A stretch of 64,000 nucleotides of DNA from the NCBI RefSeq assembly GCF_018350175.1, contig NC_058382.1:61134001-61198000 (forward strand), read 5' to 3'. Both the position numbers and the translations under genes were made by a program. Positions 50,559 to 63,328 of the stretch are shown here, one piece after another. Under the pieces are notes generated by a model, which searched no databases, was not told where the DNA came from, and saw nothing but the letters and a program-made list of their open reading frames with translations. Numbering within the stretch: the stretch's first letter is position 1; every line of letters begins with the position of its first letter. This DNA is from Felis catus (Eukaryota).

Positions 50559-51464
50559 CTTAGGGCAAATCTTGTTTCTAAAGTAAGAACTGTCCACTTA
50601 TAAAGGGCGGGGGGGACAGGACACAGCTCTCATCCCATGAGTTAAAGATGGTGCTTATGTACCCTACAACACGGAATAAAAGTGAAAGGCTGTAAAAAAA
50701 ATCTTTCAATTACACACCAAAAAATGGAACACGTGTGCCTTAACACCTGATTCCTTCCCTCTGACATTTGCAAAAACCAGCAGGGCCACAGCGGCTGTCA
50801 CCGCCTCCTGCAGCGCCCCTGCTCTGCGCTGTCCAATCCGCCTACACCTCCTCCTCCTGCGCCTGGTGCCCACTAACCTCCCACAGCCACTGCCACCTCT
50901 GACCCAACAGCCCTCTAAATCTTAGATCTCAAGCCTGGCACCTCTCATGAGACCTCACTCCTGTGACACACCTTCACAGGGGCGCATCTAGCTGGCATGG
51001 GAAACTCGCGCACGCAGACCCGGGCCTCACCCGCCCCCTGTCCGGGCCACACTTCCACACGTCCCGTGTGCTCACTTCCCTCCTGTGTCCTCTGTGCCCT
51101 CCTGCAACCAGCCACCACGGGGCACAGTCATGCTGTGGCCAGGGTATTTTCCTGAAGATCAACATACTGCCAGCTAAGACTAGAGACGACATCGCAGGTC
51201 AGAATTATGACCGTGCCACTGTTTGCTGGCAGTGGCCCTGGCAGTGACCTGCATACGTTCTAACAGCCTGTTTTCTCACCTGCAGAAAGAGAAGTTCCTG
51301 GCTACAAAGTACGAAATGAACACAAGGGAGTCAACCGCATTTCTAGGCACCAGCAAGCCCCAGCTGCAACACAGGATGGAGACAGGTGAGTGCCACGGCC
51401 AGAGCCCCAAGAGTGCAGGCACACCAGAAGCCCCCGTTCACGACAGGCAGCACGGCAGGTGAGC

Positions 51465-51650
51465 CAGCGGAGAACGGTCACGCATCCACATGAGAACGAT
51501 GGAGGGGCGTCTCCCTGCCCCACACCGTACGTGGACACTAATCTGGGAAAAAGATTAAAGACAAAAAGTACACAATTTCCAAAAGGCACAGGAAACTATC
51601 TTTACGTCCCTGGGAGAGGGATGAACTGCTTCACCAAGATACAACGGGTC
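51465..51650 (+). mobile_element. Degraded L1M ORF2 fragment
   Basis: atccacatgagaacgatgga...cacaccgtac...aggaaactatctttacgtccctggga resembles late ORF2. Confidence 0.55.
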
Positions 51651-51749
51651 ACGAAGCGCCATCCGGAAGAAGCGTCCTGCAGAAGCTGTCACAGTCCCTG
51701 AAAGGGGACTCGTGTTCCAGTCACCTCAGAGGTAAACACAACCGAACAC

Positions 51750-53460
51750 GGGCTTCGTCACGCATCAACTGACCCTCCCTCTGCAGCGGGCCACGCTGCC
51801 TGACGCGCCCACCGGAGACCTCTTTCAAACCTGGGTCGAACCTCTCAAACCCCGCTGCTCTATCAACGAAGTTTATCTAACGCGCCAAACCCTGTCGTCA
51901 TTTGCACCACCTTCCCGGCAGCTTTGCCACGACCACATTCGATCCCGGGAAGCCACTTTCTCTGCTCCTCCGTTAGAAGCAACTCCTGCTCTGTTCAAGT
52001 TTTATCATGAGACTGCACAATTCAGCCCCATCCTCGACCCCCCTTCTAATCCCAGCCCTCGTGTTTCCTGTCATCTGCAGTGACTTCCTCCACTAAAGTC
52101 TTGAACCCCTCAGAATCCTCCATGAAAACATTAATCTCACTGCCCATTTCCATCAGAGCTCTTGGGATGACCAGGTACACTGTCAATGAGCTTTAATATT
52201 TTGAAAATAATCTTTTTTTTTTTTTCCTGAGCAGTAGGTCTCAACAGGGGCTTAAACTATTCAGGAAAGCATCTTGTGAACAGATGTGCTGTCACCCAGG
52301 CTTTGCCGTGGCACTTACAGGGCACAATCAGTACGGGCCCGAGGACTTAGGGAGTGGTCGGTGAGGCTGGCTCCCACACGCGGCCCCGGACAAGAGCGTC
52401 AGCCGGTGGTGAGGCTGGGAAGCCAGGCACTGACCACCCCTCTCCAGCTACCACAGTCCCAGACGGCAGAAGGCTACTTCGTCTACACTGAACACCTGGG
52501 TTTACTGCAGCCAGACGCGTTCATTGGTGGTCTCGGCTAGATCTTCTAGATAGTTTGCTCCAACTCCCATCCCGGCACATCGCCTCTCCATCGCTGTGCA
52601 CTTTTACACTGTGGAGACGGCCTCCCTCCTTAGGCCTCGTGAACCACTCTCCGCCACTGGCTGGAAACTTTCCTTCTCAGCTTCCTCACCTCACCTGTCT
52701 CGGCCTTCACAGAACTGAAGAGTCAGGGCCTGGCTCTGGATTAGGCGCCGGCTCCCGGGAATATTGGGAGCTGGCTGCTTCCAGCTTCTCTCCGGACCAC
52801 TAAGACTGTCCCCATGCCAACAACAAGGCTATTGTGCTTTCTTACCATTCGTGCGCTCGCGGGAGGAGCACTTTTCATCCCTTCAGGAGCTTTTCCTTTG
52901 TGTTCACAGCTCAGCTAATGTTCAGTGCGAGAGGCCTCGGTCCGGCCTATCTCAGCTTCTGAATGCCTTCCTTACTCACTAAGCTTGGCCATTTCCAGCT
53001 TTTACTCAAAGTGAGACTCTTCCTTTCACTTGCATGGACAGACCATCACAGGTAGTGGCTGGGCTAATTTCAGTAACGTGGTGTCTCGGGAAACAGGGGG
53101 AGGCCTGAGGACAGGCAGAGAGACAGGGGACTGGCCGGGCGGTGGGGCAGTCAGAACACACAACAGGTATCAGCACCTAAGCTCTCTGTCCTCTACGAGG
53201 CACGGTTTCTGGCACCCCAAAACAATCACAACAGTAACATCAGAGACACCGATCGCACCAAAGATCACTGCAACAGCACCAGCAAATCATGAAAACACTA
53301 GAAATACCGCAGGAATTACCAACATGTGACCCAGAGACAAAGAGAGCAAGTGCTGCTGGAATAACAGCACTGGTAGACCTGCTCCTCGCACAGTTGCCAA
53401 CATCTCCAATCTGTAAAAAGATACCGTATCTGCAAAGTGCAATAAAACAGAGTATGCCTG
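51750..53460 (-). mobile_element. Tigger1-family (TcMar/pogo) DNA transposon fossil with decayed transposase
   Basis: Left terminus CAGGCATAC (reverse complement ...gtatgcctg at 53460) followed by TA. Collinear matches to the recalled Tigger1 consensus, e.g. catcagagctcttggg, tgagcagtaggtctcaacag, gctagatcttct, agggcctggctctggattagg, gcagtcagaacaca, caagttttatcatgaga. Confidence 0.9.
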
Positions 53461-53619
53461 TATACGAGATTTTGAAAGCCAGCAACACCAAGCAAATGCT
53501 TTCGCTTCTAGAGAGAGAAAACCAAATGTGCCCTAAACACTGCAACAAAGGAAAAACAGGTAACAAAGTCCTCCACCGAAACAGCGATTTAGGCATGAGG
53601 GTAAGGAATTCCATCTAAA

Positions 53620-53888
53620 GGGCCCCTGGGTGGCTCAGTCGGTGGAGCCTCCGACTTCAGCTCAGGTCATGATCTCGCGGTCCGTGGGTTCGAGCCCCAT
53701 GTCGGGCTCTGTGCGGACAGCTCGGAGCCTGGAGCTGCTTCGGATGCTGTGTCTCCCTCTCTCTCTGTCCCTCCCCCGTCCATGCACTTGCACACACACA
53801 CACTCTCTCTCTCTCTCTTGCTCTCTCAAATAAAAACAAACATCTAAAAGTCTTTAAAAATAAATGAACATTAAAAAATTTTTTTTTT
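53620..53888 (+). mobile_element. CAN-SINE, feline SINEC_Fc-like
   Basis: Full element with (CA)/(CT) and a compound tail. Confidence 0.93.
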
Positions 53889-54380
53889 CAAATGAGCTTC
53901 CTATACTATACATGTGCTAAAATTCTCTGGGAGGATGTCCTAAATGAACTTTCATTCTAAAGAAACTAAAGACATTCTCAAAATAGGCTATATTACACAG
54001 ACTTTTCTTTAAAAAAAAAAACAAACCTGCAAATCCAAGGTCAGAATACATCCTAACATCTAATTATAAATGCAGTCATAAAGAAATCAATTTAAAAAAC
54101 AAAAAACCCGTTTCAAAGATGTGCAAACCTGAATCGAAAAAATTAACCCTGCCCTGCAATTTAAGCATAGGCCTCCTGCAGCAATCTTTGCAACCTAGTG
54201 TTGCCACAGTGACTCCATGGCACCAGCCATTTACAGCACCTCATGGAAAGTTGTTTTCCCGGGTTCTCCTTGTAAAAAGCTTCCCTCAAATCATCCAAGA
54301 TCTGAGCCTGATGATGTATCTGCCGGCAGATTTCAAAACAATCTATTGTAGTTAAACAACTACAAATTAAAACTCTAAAA

Positions 54381-54581
54381 GGGGCACCTGGGAGGTTCAG
54401 TGGGTTAAGCATCTGACTTTAGCTCAGGTCATGATCTCACAGTTTATGAGTTCAAGCCTCATGTCAGGCTCCGTGCTGGCAGCTCAGAGTCTGGAGCCTG
54501 CTCTGGATTCTGCCCCTCTCCCGCTTGCACGAGTATGCGCGCTCTCTCTCTCTCTCTCTTTCTCTCAAAAATAAATAAACA
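54381..54581 (+). mobile_element. CAN-SINE, first of a head-to-tail pair
   Basis: ggggcacctgggaggttcagtgg...aaaataaataaac. Confidence 0.93.
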
Positions 54582-54805
54582 GGGGCACCTGGGTGTCTCA
54601 GTCAGTTAAGCGTCCACTTGGGCTCAGGTCACGATCTCATGGTTTGTGGGTTAGGGCCCTGAGTCAGGCTCTGTGCTTACAGCCTGGAGCCTGCTTCAGA
54701 TTCTGTGCCTCCCTCTCTCTCTGCCCCAACCCACTCGCATTCAGTCTCTACCCCTCTCAAAAATAAATAAACATTAAAAAAATTTTTTAAATTTAAAATA
54801 AATAA
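54582..54805 (+). mobile_element. CAN-SINE, second of the pair, at the tail of the first
   Basis: ggggcacctgggtgtctcagtcag...aataaacattaaaaa. Confidence 0.93.
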
Positions 54806-54894
54806 GAACATTTTTATCAAAGCCTAAAAGTTAAAAATCCTTGCACTAGAAGCAAAATCAAGATCAGCTATGACCAAAATTCTAAAAAAAAAAA

Positions 54895-55088
54895 ATTTTT
54901 TTTTAACATTTATTTATTTTTGAGAGACAGAGAGTGAGAGGAGGAGGGGCAGAGAGAGAGGGAGACACTGAATAGGAAGCAGGCTCCCGGCTCCCAGAGC
55001 CCAATGCAGGACCCGAACTCGTGGACCGTGGGATCATGACCTGAGCCAAAGTGGGACGCTTAACTGACTGAGCCACCCAGGTGCCCCC
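54895..55088 (-). mobile_element. CAN-SINE (SINEC)
   Basis: Reverse-complement SINE ending gagccacccaggtgcccc. Confidence 0.93.
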
Positions 55089-55382
55089 CCCAAAAATATA
55101 CTTTTTAAAAGTAAGAAGCGTTAACTCACCAACGTGGGAAGAGTCAGACAAATGTGTCCACGGCGTGACAGTGAGTGCCCAGGACAAGGGTTCGGGAATC
55201 ACTGAGCATAGGAGCCAAACCAGCAACAACAGGCGTGGAGAGCAAGAAAGCCCTGCAGAGGCGGGGTGGGCCACCCACAGGCGGTGGTGCCTGGGAACAC
55301 ACACCAGGGTATATCTACACTCTCCGCCCTAGGGAATAACAGTATTCTGCATGGTCTTCTAAACGGTTAGAGCATAATTAAA

Positions 55383-55583
55383 GGGACAGCTGGGTGGCTC
55401 AGCCGGTTAATCTTCCGACTCTTGGTTTCGGCTCAGGTCATGATCTTACAGTTCGTGAGTTCAAGCCCCGTGTCAGGCTCTGCACTGACAGTGCAGAGAC
55501 TGCTTAGGATTCTCTCTCTCCCTCTCTCTGCCCCTCCCCTGCTCGCTCGCTCTCTCTCTCTCTCAAAATAAATAAACATTTTT
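55383..55583 (+). mobile_element. CAN-SINE; tail interrupted by the next element
   Basis: Full head and body. Confidence 0.93.
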
Positions 55584-55805
55584 TTTTCTTTTTCTTTTCT
55601 CAACGTTTTTATTTATTTTTGGGACAGAGAGAGACAGAGCATGAACGGGGGAGGGACAGAGAGAGAGGGAGACACAGAATCGGAAACAGGCTCCAGGCTC
55701 CGAGCCATCAGCCCAGAGCCTGACGCGGGGCTCGAACTCACGGACCGCGAGATCGTGACCTGGCTGAAGTCGGACGCTCAACCGACTGCGCCACCCAGGC
55801 GCCCC
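55584..55805 (-). mobile_element. Young feline SINE inserted antiparallel into the preceding SINE tail
   Basis: Young-subfamily diagnostics; TSD taaataaacattttt at 55569-55583 and 55806-55820. Confidence 0.96.
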
Positions 55806-56140
55806 TAAATAAACATTTTTTAAAAAATAAATCAAAATTAAAACCTATGTTTTGGGATGTGATGGAGTAGTACCTACCTAAAGCACAAAGAAGAAGCTCT
55901 ATTTCAGAAAGCTGCTTATTAACAAGAGATTAAAATTCTTCCTTTGTAAAGAGTTTTGCTCAAAAGTGATCCCGAGTAAAGAAAACTCTCTAACCTTCTC
56001 CCTAGAAACAGCTTATCCAGACACACTGGTTTTGTCTGTCTCCATCTCTGTCTCCCAATTCCTCCAGGTTTTAGGCCAAATCAATTTTTTACTTCGCTGG
56101 CCTGTGTCATTCAAGAGTAGTTTTACAAATCTAAGATTCA

Positions 56141-56260
56141 CTTTTCTTTTTTTTTTTTTTTTTAAACTTTTAAGTCAACCTTATGACCAACGTGGGGCTC
56201 GAACTCATGACTATGAGACCAGGCGTCGCACGTGCTTCTGTCTGAGCCGGCCAGACACCT
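56141..56260 (-). mobile_element. Short tRNA-derived carnivore SINE
   Basis: T-run, caacgtggggctcgaactcatgac...ctgagccggccagacacc. Confidence 0.75.
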
Positions 56261-57237
56261 CTAAGACTCACTTTCAAGAGAAGTGCGCAAGCGGCTCACG
56301 GAGGAGATGTGCACAAAGGGCACGTCGTCAGGGTTGGTTCCCAACACACCCCTGCTTCCAGCAGCTTCCCCAGGCCCTGTGCCCCGCTCCCACCTCCAGC
56401 CCCCTGCACAGCCGCTGCACTCCTGGCCGGCCTCCGGCAGGCCTCTGGCACTCCTTCCAAGGGGCTGTCACGGTCACTGACCACTGTTACGAAGCACTTC
56501 ACCACAACATCCAGTCTCTCTGCCTCTTTCATAACAAAGACAAATACGAATTTTTCCTCCAGCCAGGAAATATGTCAAACATTTAGTATTCCAAATTAGA
56601 CTTGATCTTAGTCAGCAAAGAGAACACATACCTGTACTCCAGGGCATCAGGGGCCCTGCAGGCAGGGAGGAGGTGGGAAACACACAGAGCGCTCCAATTC
56701 CTAACACAAACATCCCGCCCCCAGCACCACCCTGTACTAGGAGTGTCAACACACACGTGCAGAAGGACACCAGCCACACACGCCCTCCCCACCCAGAGGC
56801 CACCAAGCCTGTTGAGCCCTTTCCACCAGGTTTTGCAAGCAAGAGACATCAATTTATTAGGGACGGTACTTACGAGGAACACCCCTTTCCACATATAAAG
56901 ACACACAAACGAGATGGATGGGCAAAAAGCAGTGGTCTGTTACCAAGACAGGTTAAGAAACACGTTTGCACACGTGCTGAGGGATGGACCGAGAACCCAA
57001 ACGGGTGCAGAGTGAACCCACTTGGAGAACAGAGGTCTGTCCCTGAAGGAGAACGGGAGCAGAATCGTGCACATGTGTCACCAGTGTGTGAGGACAAAGT
57101 GCCCTGTCCAGCTGGACGGGATAAAGCGCGAGCGGTAAACCTGAGGGTCAGGTACACGGTTTTAGGAGAACATTCAAACCTACTGAGGGTGGGACAGAAG
57201 CTGATGGAAACTTCAAATCTTTCATCAGTAAGAACAT

Positions 57238-57408
57238 GGGGGGGGGGGGGGCTGCGTGGCTCAGTGAGTTAAGCGTCTGACTCTTGGTTTCGGCTCAGGT
57301 CATGATGTCACGATTTATGAGTTCAAGCCCCACAGTGAGCTACATGCTGCTGTTAGCGTGGAGCCTGCCTGGGCTTCTCTCTCTCCACCCCCTCAAAAAT
57401 AAATACAT
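57238..57408 (+). mobile_element. CAN-SINE with expanded 5' G-run
   Basis: gtggctcagtgagttaagcgtctgactcttggtttcggctcaggtcatg...aaaataaata. Confidence 0.9.
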
Positions 57409-57842
57409 CAACAGTAAGATAATAACAATAACACAGAGATGTTTTACCAAGGAAAAGTAGTCGAATGATTTTTATACTCCCACCTAAAATAACAAGACTC
57501 AAAACAGATAGCTATTGGTGTGCAATTTTTAAAATTACAAGCGGAATAAACAACACACTATACTGAAAGCCTCCACATCAAAAAGACATGAGCAGAAGAA
57601 TTTATCAATAAGAAGGTAAGTCTTCACGCCCAGAGAATGCTCTAGCTACGGTTCCCCCCTGAATTGTAACCCAGAATAGATGGAACACTGCTCACCCGAG
57701 TTTCATGGGCTTGTGCATCAAAGGCCTTTGCTGAGCAAAGCAGCTGCTAAACCTTTCTGAAAGGTTCTGTCTTCAGAGGAGCTACTTGGGGAGGGGTGCA
57801 GGGGGGTACCTGCTGTCACAATCAGCAGCTTCACTGACTACT

Positions 57843-57924
57843 TCCCCAAAACCCGTCCATCCCTGCATGCACGGAAAATCCGGTCCCCAAGACCCGTCCG
57901 TCCCTGCATACATGGAAAATCCGG
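57843..57924 (+). repeat. 41-bp tandem duplication
   Basis: tccccaa(a/g)acccgtcc(a/g)tccctgcat(g/a)ca(c/t)ggaaaatccgg x2. Confidence 0.9.
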
Positions 57925-59380
57925 TTCAACCAACAACACTACAAGAGCCAACTGGTGATCATCGCGCTTTTAGCCACTGCCTCTACTCCCAAAAGCAGGA
58001 AAAATAAAATGATGCCAGTGGACCTGAAATTATTACGGACCACTTCGGGATTTCTTAGTATGCAAGGTTACTTTTAAAATTCTTATAAACAATCAATTAT
58101 GAAGAACCAACTGAAAGACCCTACTCTTTTGCCAGTGTCTCCATGAAGTGCTTCAGCGACTGGCCTCAGGGAGCCTAGAGGAGGGGTCTGCAGAAGGGAA
58201 GGAACCCACAGGGGACGACGCACCAGGGCTGGCAGGGGCACACACAGTACCATGACCCTGCTGGACCCTGAGCCACTCAGCTCACACGGCACCTACCGTG
58301 CAAAAACCACCTAGTCCTGCTGGCCTCTAAGGCCAGGGCCAGGCACGGGTACAGGGGCACAGGCTTACTGCACCCCGTATCTCCCCAGAGCAGGCCCAGC
58401 TTGGTGGGGGCAACTGTTCACGGCTGATGCCTTCCCAGACCCTACCTGTGTGGCTTGTTTGTAAAAGGAAAACGAGCCGTGTGGACGTGGCATGAATCGA
58501 GCCCTGCAGAGGGAGGGAGCAAAGTGGACAGCCCCACCCCAGGCTGGGCACTTGTGGAGAGCCTGAACACTCCGGCCTCAGGGGGTCGTCACAGCACCTC
58601 CATGGGACAGATTCCACCATTCGACACGCACCTCCCTCAAGGAGACCCAGGCCGTGCGAGTGCCAGGCTCACTGTTCCTTGTCACAACAGAAGGACAGTC
58701 AAACCTGCAGACGCATGAGACTCAGAAAAGTACAAACTGAGGCGACCATCTCCCAGGACGTACCTCCTCTGACCCAGGGCGCCAAGAGCCTCTTTGGTAG
58801 AACACAGGGCCATGCAAGGACCCAACAGGACGGGAAGTGGGAAAAGGCACCGCACAGATGCTGCCACGGACACCACGTGGTGTCCCCAGGGGAAGCCGCC
58901 GGCAGAGGAGAGGAGGCTCCAGAAGACGCCAAGATTGTAGCTACCACAGACCGGCAAACGTGGGCAGCCCCTCTGGGCTCCAGGGAAGCTGGGGGACCAT
59001 CTCCATGCAGCCCTAGGTGCCGCCTTCGTGAGTACCAGGAGGAGCCTCGGACCCTAAACCCCAAACCCTGCCTGGACCCGAGCCCCCCCCCCCCCCCCCC
59101 ACACCTCCAGGCTGTTGTAGCTGCTGGGGACAACAGAGCCCTCACAGACTCATTGGCGACTCCCTGCCTTCCTCTGATATCCCAACAGGCTCTTTAGTGA
59201 CATCAGGGAAGAGGTTTATTTTTTAAATTATTTTTTAAAAGATTAAAATAAAAGAGATTTGAAAAAAACTAGCCTAGCATGTATGTTCTTTAACAAGCAA
59301 ATAGCAGAGAATATGAAGTTTTGTTTGATTCTTAACAGGATCCACTTAAAACCACCGCCTGAGGGAACAACGTCTTACAA

Positions 59381-59586
59381 TTTTATTTTATTTTATTTTA
59401 AATGTTTATTTGAGAGAGAAAAAGAGTGTGCGTGTGTGTGCACGAGCAGGGGAGGGACAGAGAATCCCAAGCAGGCCCCATGCTGTCAGCTCAGAGCCCA
59501 ATGTGGGGCTGAACCTCACCAACCACAAGATTATGACCTCAATCAAAGGCAGGCGCTTAGCTGACTGAGGCACCCGGGGGCCCCCC
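59381..59586 (-). mobile_element. CAN-SINE (SINEC)
   Basis: Reverse-complement SINE flanked by ttacaatt repeats. Confidence 0.9.
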
Positions 59587-59921
59587 TTTTACAATTGTAG
59601 GGTAATTTTAAAAGAACCTCTTTCCAACTGCATTTCATACAAGATGCAAGAAATCCATGATCGGCTCCCAGTTGGGTATGTTTTCAAAGAATGGGACAGA
59701 GAGGTGAGGGGAGTGGGCGAAGGATCCCAGGCTGCCCTGAAGTTCCCTGGGGGCTGTGTCCCCCTGCCTCGTTCCCAGACCGGGAGGCAGGCTCCAATAG
59801 CGTTAGTACAGCACATGTTCCGATGTAGGGAACGTCTACCACACGAGCTCTGAAGAGACTCCCACCCTGTGAGTGTTGAGAACGAGGAGAAAGCTTACAG
59901 TGTGAACAGAGGCGAGCGTCC

Positions 59922-60022
59922 AAGTCGGGCTCTGTGCTGACAGCACGGAACCTGCTTGGGATTCTCTCTCCCTCTCTCTGCCCCTCCCCCACTCTCTCTC
60001 TCCCTCAAAATAAATAAATAAA
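59922..60022 (+). mobile_element. 5'-truncated CAN-SINE
   Basis: gtcgggctctgtgctgacagcacggaacctgcttgggattctc...aaataaataaat. Confidence 0.88.
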
Positions 60023-60104
60023 TGTGAAAGGAAAGAGCTTTCAGGTGAAGTCCTGCTGACAGGCCCCAGTGCCTACAGCAGAAGAATGTCCCAAAGCATG
60101 GCCC

Positions 60105-60136
60105 GGGTAAGCCACTCCCAGGGTAAGCCACTCCCA
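60105..60136 (+). repeat. 16-bp tandem duplication
   Basis: gggtaagccactccca x2. Confidence 0.9.
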
Positions 60137-62709
60137 GCACTCGGTGCCCTGCCCCCAAGGCACCTCCTGAGCACCGGCCCACACTCACACACACCGTCCC
60201 CTTCTCCCTCCTCCTCCACTCCGGAGGCCAGAGGCCAGGGGCCGCTGCCCACGCCCACCGCTTTCCTGTGACCAGCTCCACCCCGCACGCACCTGTCAGA
60301 TGCCCCCTACGCCCCCGCAGCAGTCCCAGCCAGCCTGCCAGCCATGGCCCTCTCCCCCAACTGCCCGTTCTGCACCTGTGGACGGGATGGCGGCAGCCTT
60401 TCCCTTCTGGACTGGGTCCTAGTTAAGGCTTCAGCAGAGCACAGGAGGACCCAACACAAGGCCCAGCCAGCAGTCCAGGCCCCACCGACAAGGGACGCTA
60501 CAAGGGTCACCCTCCTTCTCCCCCAGCTTGGCCTGCGCTGTCCTCACATGAGCTATCCAGACACAAACCTCCCTGCTCAACCCCAGCGACCTCCCCACCT
60601 CCGCCCCCCGCCCCCCCCCCCATGCCTACTGCCACCAAACATGTCCCATCCTCCTGAGGGCCCTCCCCACACTTCACTGAGACAGCGTCCCTGGGTGGCC
60701 CCTCCCCCGCAACCCCACCAACTCCCTGGTCTTTGCTCCCAGGAGATCCCCTGCATGTCGCCGGCTGAGCCAGCATCCCTGAAGGCCAGCGGTGGTGCCA
60801 GAGAAACTGCTGCAGAAGGATCATGGCATGAACAAAGCTGGGGGGCTCCGTGCAGCCCCCTCTCCCTCCTCCTAAACGAGCAGCTGGCAGGCCCTCAGAC
60901 CCCTGGACCGCTCACCCCACACGCTTCCCGGACTGCAGGCGCTGGATTCTTCCCGCCCAAGGACAACCCTCCCAACAAGGCCCATCACCTCCTGCCCACT
61001 GGGACAGCCTCCCAAGCTGTCTCCGCCAGGCTTTTTCCTTTCTGTACCTTGTACTACGGACACGTCGTACGTCTTCAGTCGTAAAACATCCTGTCACACA
61101 CCAGCCAATGCATACGACGAGAATTATTCTGCCATCACTGTCAGTCCTCTCTACATCCTCAGTGCCCCACCGAGGCACCCAGCCCCACCTGGGTGGGCAC
61201 CCGCCACCTCCTGAACTTTCACCCACAAGGCCCTCGTCCCCGACCCTGTCCCCAACCCTGCCCAACCCTAGGCTGCCCTGCATGCTTAGGCTCCTCTACA
61301 GTTCTATCCACATGGTCAACTCCTAACCCGTGCCACAGAACCCAGGCCAGGAGTCCGGCTCCTCAGAAAGCAAGGGGACTGCCCCGGGGCAGTTCTGAGT
61401 CCTGTGAAAGCCGGTCACGTGAGCCGGCCACGGCTCTCATCTATTCGGGAGGAAGTGGCTCCTCTGGCCTTTGGAGGCAGTCCCGGCCGCGACAAAGCAC
61501 AGCAAAGCTTCATCACCCTTCCCGAGGCTCCGTGAAGCACCCAGCGTTGCTGTGCAACAAACACGGAACTGCCCTCACTCGGCCAGGGCCAGCGTGCGTC
61601 TCGTCGGCAGGGAGTGGGCCCCGCACACACAAGCGCTTTCCCTTTCCTGGTGGAATCTCGGCGTGACTTTCCCAAAGACGTTCCGATATGAACTGCTTTC
61701 ATGATTTTTAGCACCAACAATACACAACTCAACTAAGCTGACAACAGTGTGAACAACGGTGACCAGGTCCCCCCAAGGGCCGGGAGTTCCAGCTCGTCAG
61801 GACTGTCGCCTGTGTCCATCCGACATCCCATTTCAGAGTTGTAAAGTAATAGCTTTGGGGATCCATGGGGCAGACACAATACCTGGTTCGTAAGAACTGT
61901 TTTCTCAAACCCAGCAAAGTCTCCCCAAGGGCAGGATCTTACTTCTCCACTGGCACCCTAGCCCAGGCCCCGGAACAAGCTAGGTGTTCGATAAACAGTC
62001 CCTGAAAAAATAAAGCAAAACAGAATCCAAGAGGTGCAAAGTCCCTTCAAGGTCATGCAGGCCAGGAGTTCTCACACTTTTCTGAACACAATCCACAGTG
62101 AGACACACAATCCACACCCTGACCAGGATACACCACACACAAGCAAAACGAAAATGTTCAGAGAGAGTACATACTGCACGTGTGGCACACCAGTGTTTTC
62201 TATTCTGTGTCCTTAAAGGAACTGCCAAGACCCACTCCTCTGTGCGATCCGCTACCCTACCCAGCCAATGATTGCCCAGTTCACCCATCTAGGTACCATA
62301 TTCCTAAGTGTTTGCCATAAGCATGCACTCACTTCCCAGACCGTCATTTAGCTGGTATTTTCTTTAAATAGAATAACATTCTTATCCCGTTGAAACGAAA
62401 ATAAAAACTCCCTTTCCTAAGAGCACTACAATGAAAACAGAGCCCCAAAATGCACCATTGCCCGGCCCTCAAAGCCCTTGCTGCAGCCCTACGAGGAAGC
62501 AAACGCTGTGAGCCCTCCCATTTCCTCCAGGTGAGTCCCTGGGCCCCACCCACCTCCCAACCCTGCCAGAGCTCAGGGCAAGTTCTAGGGCTGCAGAGAG
62601 GAATGGGGGTCAGCCAACCCCTCAGTAGGACAGGAACGAGCCTCTGCGCCCATTCAAATCACCAACATCACACACGCTCACAAGTGCAACACTCAGCCCA
62701 ACAGCAGTC

Positions 62710-62856
62710 TGGGAGTGTGAGTCCCACACTGGGCTCTTCGCTGTCGGCCCTGTCAGTGCAGAGCCCATTCGGGTCCTCTGTCCCCCTCTCTCTCTGCCCC
62801 TTCCCCGCTGATTCTCTCTTTCTGAAAGGAAGCTCTTAATAAACAAAGTAAAATTT
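62710..62856 (+). mobile_element. Partial older CAN-SINE
   Basis: gagtcccacactgggctc...tgtcagtgcagagccc...tcctctgtccccctctctctctgcccc. Confidence 0.8.
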
Positions 62857-62859
62857 AAA

Positions 62860-63074
62860 AAAATTTTTTTTCAACGTTTATTTATTTTTGGGACAGAGAG
62901 AGACAGAGCATGAACGGGGGAGGGGCAGAGAGAGAGGGAGACACAGAATCGGAAACAGGCTCCAGGCTGTGAGCCATCAGCTCAGAGCCTGACGCGGGGC
63001 TCGAACTCACGGACCGCGAGATCGTGACCTGGCTGAGGTCGGACGCTTAACCGACTGCGCCACCCAGGCGCCCC
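62860..63074 (-). mobile_element. Young feline SINE inserted antiparallel into the preceding SINE tail
   Basis: Young-subfamily diagnostics; TSD ataaacaaagtaaaatttaaa at 62839-62859 and 63075-63095. Confidence 0.96.
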
Positions 63075-63328
63075 ATAAACAAAGTAAAATTTAAATAGAA
63101 AGGACAAGCACAATTAATACGAATGTAGTGTTCAAGAAAAGACTCTCCATGGTCTGTCAGAATTCACGCTGTGGGTTCCAAATCCTGCCAAGGCATTCAA
63201 AGTCTTGGCTTAAACAAACCTAATGCAGCATCTGAACACCCATTTCCGTTATCTTACAAAAACAAAAAAGTCTTACTGTCGTATCACTAACACTCTCAAG
63301 CCACAAACTGAAATTTAAAATACGAGCC

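Noticed and set aside
51750..53460. Active or domesticated Tigger transposase
   Set aside because: No long ORF, many indels, an internal deletion, and no right terminus found.
54161..54350. Protein-looking ORF ICRQIHHQAQILDDLREAFYKENPGKQL
   Set aside because: No splice sites or recognised homology, and its annotated start lies within a SINE; a tblastx search would settle it.
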